Shown: piece after piece, positions 54,201-64,000 of the stretch
How positions within the stretch are numbered: the stretch's first letter is position 1
Layout: each line of letters begins with the position of its first letter
Assembly (NCBI GenBank): GCA_032718475.1
Contig: JAUCBJ010002756.1
Span: 43,314 to 107,313 of the forward strand
Source of the DNA: Nemertoderma westbladi
Taxonomy: Eukaryota; Animalia; Xenacoelomorpha
Length of the DNA stretch: 64,000 bases
Direction: 5' to 3'
Translations under genes and position numbers: made by a program
Notes under the pieces: model-generated
The model's input: only the letters and a program-made list of their open reading frames with translations
What the model was told of the DNA's origin: nothing
Databases searched by the model: none

Positions 54201-57200
54201 AACTGTAGGAACTCTGGAAGCATAAAGTATCGAAATCTATATCGACTAAACTGTAGGAACTCTGGAAGCATAAAGTATCGAAATCTATATCGACTAAACT
54301 GTAGGAACTCAAAAAAGCAGAAAGTATCGAAATCTATATAGACTAAACTGTAGGAACTCAAGGAAGGAGAAAGTATCAAAATCTATATCGACTAAACTGT
54401 AGGAACTCTGGAAGCATAAAGTATCGAAATCTATATAGACTAAACTGTAGGAACTCTGGAAGGAGAAAGTATAGAAATCTATATCGACTAAACTGTAGGA
54501 ACTCTGGAAGGAGAAAGTATCGAAATCTATATTGACTAAACTGTAGGAACTCTGGAAGGAGAAAGTATCGAAATCTATATCGACTAAACTGTAGGAACTC
54601 AAAAAAGCAGAAAGTATCGAAATCTATATAGACTAAACTGTAGGAACTCAAGGAAGCAGAGTATCAAAATCTATATCGACTAAACTGTAGGAACTCTGGA
54701 AGGAGAAAGTATCGAAATCTATATCGACTAAACTGTAGGAACTCTGGAAGGAGAAAGTATCGAAATCTATATCGACTAAACTGTAGGAACTCAAAAAAGC
54801 AGAAAGTATCGAAATCTATATAGACTAAACTGTAGGAACTCAAGGAAGCAGAGTATCAAAATCTATATCGACTAAACTGTAGGAACTCTGGAAGGAGAAA
54901 GTATAGAAATCTATATCGACTAAACTGTAGGAACTCTGGAAGGAGAAAGTATCGAAATCTATATCGACTAAACTGTAGGAACTCAAGGAAGCAGAGTATC
55001 AAAATCTATATCGACTAAACTGTAGGAACTCAAGGAAGGAGAAAGTATCGAAATCTATATCGACTAAACTGTAGGAACTCAAGGAAGCATAAAGTATCGA
55101 AATCTATATCGACTAAACTGTAGGAACTCAAGGAAGGAGAAAGTATCGAAATCTATATGGACTAAACTGTAGGAACTCAAAAAAGCAGAAAGTATCGAAA
55201 TCTATATAGACTAAACTGTAGGAACTCAAGGAAGCAGAGTATCAAAATCTATATCGACTAAACTGTAGGAACTCAAGGAAGCAGAAAGTATCGAAATCTA
55301 TATAGACTAAACTGTAGGAACTCAAGGAAGCAGAGTATCAAAATCTATATCGACTAAACTGTAGGAACTCAAGGAAGCAGAAAGTATCGAAATCTATATC
55401 GACTAAACTGTAGGAACTCTGGAAGCATAAAGTATCGAAATCTATATCGACTAAACTGTAGGAACTCTGGAAGCATAAAGTATCGAAATCTATATCGACT
55501 AAACTGTAGGAACTCTGGAAGCATAAAGTATCGAAATCTATATCGACTAAACTGTAGGAACTCTGGAAGCATAAAGTATCGAAATCTATATCGACTAAAC
55601 TGTAGGAACTCAAAAAAGCAGAAAGTATCGAAATCTATATAGACTAAACTGTAGGAACTCAAGGAAGGAGAAAGTATCAAAATCTATATCGACTAAACTG
55701 TAGGAACTCAAGGAAGCAGAAAGTATCGAAATCTATATCGACTAAACTGTAGGAACTCTGGAAGCATAAAGTATCGAAATCTATATCGACTAAACTGTAG
55801 GAACTCTGGAAGCAGAAAGTATCGAAATCTATATCGACTAAACTGTAGGAACTCAAGGAAGCAGAAAGTATCGAAATCTATATAGACTAAACTGTAGGAA
55901 CTCAAGGAAGCAGAAAGTATCGAAATCTATATAGACTAAACTGTAGGAACTCAAGGAAGCAGAGTATCAAAATCTATATCGACTAAACTGTAGGAACTCA
56001 AAAAAGCAGAAAGTATCGAAATCTATATCGACTAAACTGTAGGAACTCAAAAAAGCAGAAAGTATCGAAATCTATATCGACTAAACTGTAGGAACTCAAA
56101 AAAGCAGAAAGTATCGAAATCTATATCGACTAAACTGTAGGAACTCAAAAAAGCAGAAAGTATCGAAATCTATATCGACTAAACTGTAGGAACTCAAAAA
56201 AGCAGAAAGTATCGAAATCTATATCGACTAAACTGTAGGAACTCAAGGAAGCAGAAAGTATCGAAATCTATATAGACTAAACTGTAGGAACTCAAGGAAG
56301 CAGAGTATCAAAATCTATATCGACTAAACTGTAGGAACTCAAAAAAGCAGAAAGTATCGAAATCTATATCGACTAAACTGTAGGAACTCAAAAAAGCAGA
56401 AAGTATCGAAATCTATATCGACTAAACTGTAGGAACTCAAAAAAGCAGAAAGTATCGAAATCTATATCGACTAAACTGTAGGAACTCAAAAAAGCAGAAA
56501 GTATCGAAATCTATATCGACTAAACTGTAGGAACTCAAGGAAGGAGAAAGTATCGAAATCTATATCGACTAAACTGTAGGAACTCAAGGAAGCATAAAGT
56601 ATCGAAATCTATATCGACTAAACTGTAGGAACTCAAGGAAGGAGAAAGTATCGAAATCTATATCGACTAAACTGTAGGAACTCAAAAAAGCAGAAAGTAT
56701 CGAAATCTATATAGACTAAACTGTAGGAACTCAAGGAAGCAGAGTATCAAAATCTATATCGACTAAACTGTAGGAACTCAAGGAAGCAGAAAGTATCGAA
56801 ATCTATATAGACTAAACTGTAGGAACTCAAGGAAGCAGAGTATCAAAATCTATATCGACTAAACTGTAGGAACTCAAGGAAGCAGAAAGTATCGAAATCT
56901 ATATCGACTAAACTGTAGGAACTCTGGAAGCAGAAAGTATCAAAATCTATATCGACTAAACTGTAGGAACTCTGGAAGCATAAAGTATCGAAATCTATAT
57001 CGACTAAACTGTAGGAACTCAAAAAAGCAGAAAGTATCGAAATCTATATAGACTAAACTGTAGGAACTCAAGGAAGCAGAGTATCAAAATCTATATCGAC
57101 TAAACTGTAGGAACTCAAGGAAGCAGAAAGTATCGAAATCTATATAGACTAAACTGTAGGAACTCAAGGAAGCAGAAAGTATCGAAATCTATATCGACTA

Positions 57201-60200
57201 AACTGTAGGAACTCTGGAAGCATAAAGTATCGAAATCTATATCGACTAAACTGTAGGAACTCTGGAAGGAGAAAGTATCAAAATCTATATCGACTAAACT
57301 GTAGGAACTCTGGAAGGAGAAAGTATCGAAATCTATATCGACTAAACTGTAGGAACTCAAGGAAGCATAAAGTATCGAAATCTATATCGACTAAACTGTA
57401 GGAACACTGGAAGCAGAAAGTATCAAAATCTATATCGACTAAACTGTAGGAACTCTGGAAGGAGAAAGTATCGAAATCTATATCGACTAAACTGTAGGAA
57501 CTCAAGGAAGCATAAAGTATCGAAATCTATATCGACTAAACTGTAGGAACTCAAGGAAGGAGAAAGTATCGAAATCTATATCGACTAAACTGTAGGAACT
57601 CAAAAAAGCAGAAAGTATCGAAATCTATATAGACTAAACTGTAGGAACTCAAGGAAGCAGAGTATCAAAATCTATATCGACTAAACTGTAGGAACTCAAG
57701 GAAGCAGAAAGTATCGAAATCTATATCGACTAAACTGTAGGAACTCAAGGAAGCAGAAAGTATCGAAATCTATATAGACTAATCTGTAGGAACTCAAGGA
57801 AGCAGACAGTATCGAAATCTATATAGACTAAACTGTAGGAACTCTGGAAGGAGAAAGTATCGAAATCTATATCGACTAAACTGTATGAACTCAAGGAAGC
57901 AGAAAGTATCGAAATCTATATCGACTAAACTGTAGGAACTCAAGGAAGCAGAGTATCAAAATCTATATCGACTAAACTGTAGGAACTCAAGGAAGCAGAA
58001 AGTATCGAAATCTATATAGACTAAACTGTAGGAACACTGGAAGCAGAAAGTATCGAAATCTATATCGACTAAACTGTAGGAACTCAAGGAAGCATAAAGT
58101 ACCGAAATCTATATCGACTAAACTGTAGGAACTCAAGGAAGCAGAGTATCAAAATCTATATCGACTAAACTGTAGGAACTCAAGGAAGCAGAAAGTATCG
58201 AAATCTATATAGACTAAACTGTAGGAACACTGGAAGCAGAAAGTATCGAAATCTATATCGACTAAACTGTAGGAACTCTGGAAGCATAAAGTATCGAAAT
58301 CTATATCGACTAAACTGTATGAACTCAAGGAAGCAGAAAGTATCGAAATCTATATCGACTAAACTGTAGGAACTCAAAAAAGCAGAAAGTATCGAAATCT
58401 ATATAGACTAAACTGTAGGAACTCAAGGAAGCAGAAAGTATCGAAATCTATATCGACTAAACTGTAGGAACTCTGGAAGGAGAAAGTATCGAAATCTATA
58501 TCGACTAAACTGTAGGAACTCAAAAAAGCAGAAAGTATCGAAATCTATATCGACTAAACTGTAGGAACTCAAGGAAGCAGAAAGTATCGAAATCTATATC
58601 GACTAAACTGTAGGAACTCTGGAAGCAGAAAGTATCGAAATCTATATCGACTAAACTGTAGGAACTCTGGAAGGAGAAAGTATCGAAATCTATATCGACT
58701 AAACTGTAGGAACTCTGGAAGCAGAAAGTATCGAAATCTATATCGACTAAACTGTAGGAACTCAAGGAAGCAGAAAGTATCGAAATCTATATCGACTAAA
58801 CTGTAGGAACTCTGGAAGGAGAAAGTATAGAAATCTATATCGACTAAACTGTAGGAACTCTGGAAGGAGAAAGTATCGAAATCTATATCGACTAAACTGT
58901 AGGAACTCAAGGAAGCAGAGTATCAAAATCTATATCGACTAAACTGTAGGAACTCAAGGAAGGAGAAAGTATCGAAATCTATATCGACTAAACTGTAGGA
59001 ACTCAAGGAAGCATAAAGTATCGAAATCTATATCGACTAAACTGTAGGAACTCAAGGAAGCAGAGTATCAAAATCTATATCGACTAAACTGTAGGAACTC
59101 AAGGAAGGAGAAAGTATCGAAATCTATATCGACTAAACTGTAGGAACTCTGGAAGGAGAAAGTATCGAAATCTATATCGACTAAACTGTAGGAACTCAAG
59201 GAAGCAGAGTATCAAAATCTATATCGACTAAACTGTAGGAACTCAAGGAAGGAGAAAGTATCGAAATCTATATCGACTAAACTGTAGGAACTCTGGAAGG
59301 AGAAAGTATCGAAATCTATATAGACTAAACTGTAGGAACTCAAGGAAACAGAAAGTATCGAAATCTATATCGACTAAACTGTAGGAACTCAAAAAAGCAG
59401 AAAGTATCGAAATCTATATCGACTAAACTGTAGGAACTCTGGAAACAGAAAGTATCGAAATCTATATCGACTAAACTGTAGGAACTCAAGGAAGCAGAGT
59501 ATCAAAATCTATATCGACTAAACTGTAGGAACTCAAGGAAGGAGAAAGTATCGAAATCTATATCGACTAAACTGTAGGAACTCTGGAAGGAGAAAGTATC
59601 GAAATCTATATAGACTAAACTGTAGGAACTCAAGGAAACAGAAAGTATCGAAATCTATATCGACTAAACTGTAGGAACTCAAAAAAGCAGAAAGTATCGA
59701 AATCTATATCGACTAAACTGTAGGAACTCTGGAAACAGAAAGTATCGAAATCTATATTGACTAAACTGTAGGAACTCTGGAAGGAGAAAGTATCGAAATC
59801 TATATCGACTAAACTGTAGGAACTCTGGAAGGAGAAAGTATCGAAATCTATATCGACTAAACTGTAGGAACTCTGGAAGGAGAAAGTATCGAAATCTATA
59901 TAGACTAAACTGTAGGAACTCAAGGAAACAGAAAGTATCGAAATCTATATCGACTAAACTGTAGGAACTCAAGGAAGCAGAAAGTATCGAAATCTATATT
60001 GACTAAACTGTAGGAACTCTGGAAGGAGAAAGTATCGAAATCTATATCGACTAAACTTTAGGAACTCAAGGAAGCAGAAAGTATCTAAATCTATATCGAC
60101 TAAACTGTAGGAACTCAAGGAAACAGAAAGTATCGAAATCTATATCGACTAAACTGTAGGAACTCAAGGAAACAGAAAGTATCGAAATCTATATCGACTA

Positions 60201-62935
60201 AACTGTAGGAACTCAAGGAAACAGAAAGTATCGAAATCTATATTGATTAAACTGTAGGAACTCAAGGAAGCAGAAAGTACCGAAATCTATATCGACTAAA
60301 CTGTAGGAACTCAAGGAAGCAGAAAGTACCGAAATCTATATAGACTAAACTGTAGGAACTCAAGGAAGCAGAAAGTATCGAAATCTATATCGACTAAACT
60401 GTAGGAACTCTGGAAGCAGAAAGTATCGAAATCTATATCGACTAAACTGTAGGAACTCTGGAAGGAGAAAGTATCGAAATCTATATAGACTAAACTGTAG
60501 GAACTCAAGGAAGCAGAAAGTATCGAAATCTATATCGAATAAACTGTAGGAACTCTGGAAGGAGAAAGTATCGAAATCTATATTGACTAAACTGTAGGAA
60601 CTCTGGAAGGAGAAAGTATCGAAATCTATATCGACTAAATTGTAGGAACTCTGGAAGGAGAAAGTATAGAAATCTATATCGACTAAACTGTAGGAACTCA
60701 AGGAAGCAGAAAGTATCGAAATCTATATCGACTAAACTGTAGGAACTCTGGAAGCAGAAAGTATCGAAATCTATATCGACTAAACTGTAGGAACTCTGGA
60801 AGCAGAAAGTATCGAAATCTATATAGACTAAACTGTAGGAACTCTGGAAGGAGAAAGTATCAAAATCTATATCGACTAAACTGTAGGAACACTGGAAGCA
60901 GAAAGTATCGAAATCTATATTGACTAAACTGTAGGAACCTTGGAAGCAGAAAGTATCGAAATCTATATCGACTAAACTGTAGGAACTCTGGAAGGAGAAA
61001 GTATCGAAATCTATTTCGACTAAACTGTAGGAACTCTGGAAGCAGAAAGTATCGAAATCTATATCGACTAAACTGTAGGAACTCTGGAAGCAGAAAGTAT
61101 CGAAATCTATATCGACTAAACTGTAGGAAATCTGGAAGGAGAAAGTATCGAAATCTATATCGACTAAACTGTAGGAACTCTGGAAGGAGAAAGTATCGAA
61201 ATCTATATCGACTAAACTGTAGGAACTCTGGAAGGAGAAAGTATCGAAATCTATATCGACTAAACTGTAGGAACTCTGGAAGCAGAAAGTATCGAAATCT
61301 ATATCGACTAAACTGTAGGAAATCTGGAAGGAGAAAGTATCGAAATCTATATCGACTAAACTGTAGGAACTCTGGAAGGAGAAAGTATCGAAATCTATAT
61401 CGACTAAACTGTAGGAACTCTGGAAGCAGAAAGTATCGAAATCTATATCGACTAAACTGTAGGAACTCTGGAAGGAGAAAGTATCGAAATCTATATCGAC
61501 TAAACTGTAGGAACTCTGGAAGGAGAAAGTATCGAAATCTATATCGACTAAACTGAAGGAACTCAAGGAAGCAGAAAGTATCGAAATATATATCGACTAA
61601 ACTGTAGGAACTCTGGAAGGAGAAAGTATCGAAATCTATATCGACTAAACTGTAGGAACTCTGGAAGCAGAAAGTATCGAAATCTATATCGACTAAACTG
61701 TAGGAACTCTGGAAGGAGAAAGTATCGAAATCTATATTGACTAAACTGTAGGAACTCTGGAAGCAGAAAGTATCAAAATCTATATCGACAAAACTGTAGG
61801 AACTCTGGAAGGAGAAAGTATCGAAATCTATATCGACTAAACTGTAGGAACTCTGGAAGCAGAAAGTATCGAAATCTATATCGACTAAACTGTAGGAACT
61901 CTGGAAGGAGAAAGTATCGAAATCTATATCGACTAAACTGTAGGAACTCTGGAAGGAGAAAGTATCGAAATCTATATCGACTAAACTGTAGGAACTCTGG
62001 AAGCAGAAAGTATCGAAATCTATATCGACTAAACTGTAGGAACTCAAAAAAGCAGAAAGTATCGAAATCTATATCGACTAAACTGTAGGAACTCTGGAAG
62101 CAGAAAGTATCGAAATCTATATAGACTAAACTGTAGGAACTCAAGGCAGCAGAAAGTATCGAAATCTATATCGACTAAACTGTAGGAACTCTGGAAGGAG
62201 AAAGTATCGAAATCTATATCGACTAAACTGTAGGAACTCAAAAAAGCAGAAAGTATCGAAATCTATATAGACTAAACTGTAGGAACTCAAGGAAGCAGAG
62301 TATCAAAATCTATATCGACTAAACTGTATGAACTCAAGGAAGGAGAAAGTATCGAAATCTATATCGACTAAACTGTAGGAACTCTGGAAGGAGGAAGTAT
62401 CGAAATCTATATCGACTAAACTGAAGGAACTCAAGGAAGCAGAAAGTATCGAAATCTATATCGACTAAACTGTAGGAACTCAAAAAAGCAGAAAGTATCG
62501 AAATCTATATAGACTAAACTGTAGGAACTCAAGGAAGCAGAGTATCAAAATCTATATCGACTAAACTGTAGGAACTCTGGAAGGAGAAAGTATCGAAATC
62601 TATATCGACTAAACTGTAGGAACTCTAGAAGCAGAAAGTATCGAAATCTATATAGACTAAACTGTAGGAACTCAAGGAAGCAGAGTATCAAAATCTATAT
62701 CGACTAAACTGTAGGAACTCTGGAAGGAGAAAGTATCGAAATCTATATCGACTAAACTGTAGGAACTCAAGGAAGCAGAAAGTATCGAAATCTATATAGA
62801 CTAAACTGTAGGAACCCTGGAAGCAGAAAGTATCGAAATCTATATCGACTAAACTGTAGGAACTCTGGAAGGAGAAAGTATCGAAATCTATATCGACTAA
62901 ACTGTAGGAACTCTGGAAGCAGAAAGTATCGAAAT
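24280..62935. repeat. 47/48/49-bp satellite, ~38.7 kb, ~800 copies, with higher-order duplications
   Basis: Unit GAAATCTATATCGACTAAACTGTAGGAACTCTGGAAGGAGAAAGTATC (48 bp); 49-bp CAAGG/CAAAA and 47-bp GCAGAGTATCAAAA variants; uniform head-to-tail orientation. Confidence 0.99.
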
Positions 62936-62954
62936 TATAACGATTATAACGAAC

Positions 62955-62972
62955 CTGTTGATATTGGTCCAT
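62955..62972 (-). CDS. Putative first coding exon (MDQYQQ) within a 49-bp exon at 62955-63003
   Basis: Acceptor TTTTTTTATGTTCTAATAG| at 63004; in-frame TAA upstream of ATG 62972; donor CAG|GTTCGT at 62954; phase 0 matches exon 2. Confidence 0.45.
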
Positions 62973-63330
62973 TGAGATTGGTTGTTCTTTAGCTCTTAAT
63001 TACCTATTAGAACATAAAAAAAATATTAGATTATAAAAAAAAAATAAATGTCAATGATATAATGTACCGGTAGATTTTTTCTCTAAAATAAAGATGTTCT
63101 ACCAAACAACTTATCATCGAAACATATTTTTAAATTTTTATTTCATATAATTTCCGTAGCATAAAACATAATAATAATAATTATTGATTCACTTGGGAAC
63201 AAAATAAAATAAATCTACTGTATGAAGTTTTGTGAGCTTCGTTTATAAACTATAAATAACTATCCTAACTCTTTGTTATGTCAACTGAATAGTCGCTATA
63301 GTAACAGCGATGCATTTTATTGAAAAAAGA

Positions 63331-64000
63331 CGAACTTCAGCTAAATGGGTAAATGCTAGACTAATAATAATGTACGAACTTCAGCTAAATGGGTAAATGC
63401 TAGAGTAATAATAATGTAAGAACTTCAGCTAAATGGGTAAATGCTAGACTAATAATAATGTACGAACTTCAGCTAAATGGGTAAATGCTAGACTAATAAT
63501 AATGTACGAACTTCAGCTAAATGGGTAAATGCTAGACTAATAATAATGTATGAACTTCAGCTAAATGGGTAAATGCTAGACTAATAATAATGTACGACTT
63601 CAGCTAAATGGGTAAATGCTAGAGTAATAATAATGTAAGAACTTCAGCTAAATGGGTAAATGCTAGACTAATAATAATGTATGAACTTCAGCTAAATGGG
63701 TAAATGCTAGAGTAATAATAATGTAAGAACTTCAGCTAAATGGGTAAATGCTAGACTAATAATAATGTACGAACTTCAGCTAAATGGGTAAATGCTAGAG
63801 TAATAATAATGTAAGAACTTCAGCTAAATGGGTAAATGCTAGACTAATAATAATGTACGAACTTCAGCTAAATGGGTAAATGCTAGACTAATAATAATGT
63901 AAGAACTTCAGCTAAATGGGTAAATGCTAGACTAATAATAATGTAAGAACTTCAGCTAAATGGGTAAATGCTAGACTAATAATAATGTACGAACTTCAGC
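63331..64000. repeat. 44-bp AT-rich tandem repeat, at least 15 copies, running off the window
   Basis: GAACTTCAGCTAAATGGGTAAATGCTAGACTAATAATAATGTAC; period 44 (63332, 63376). Confidence 0.98.

Noticed and set aside
24280-62935. CRISPR-like array
   Set aside because: No unique spacers, only point variants of one monomer; no cas genes; eukaryotic context.
24212-62972. Hundreds of SSYSLVDIDFDTF / EFLQFSRYRFRYF ORFs
   Set aside because: These are translations of the 48-mer, broken constantly by 47- and 49-bp monomers.

Overview
Eukaryotic (animal-like) genomic DNA, about 85% tandem repeat. Bases 1-4770 hold the 3' part of an apparently intact Ty1/Copia (GalEa-like) LTR retrotransposon, with an uninterrupted gag-pol frame, a PPT and a 201-bp 3' LTR, inserted into a 63-bp satellite. 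The rest is a series of unrelated tandem arrays (63, 28, 41/64, 304, 30/33, 24, 48/49 and 44 bp units; the largest are ~8.6 kb and ~38.7 kb), two tRNA-derived SINEs and a HINE/Helentron-like element. The short unique islands between arrays carry minus-strand exons with GT-AG boundaries that mostly join in phase into an unrecognised protein of about 360+ aa. Nearly every predicted intron is filled by its own satellite. The long ORFs in the arrays are artefacts of repeat periodicity. All calls were made by eye, with no database searches.
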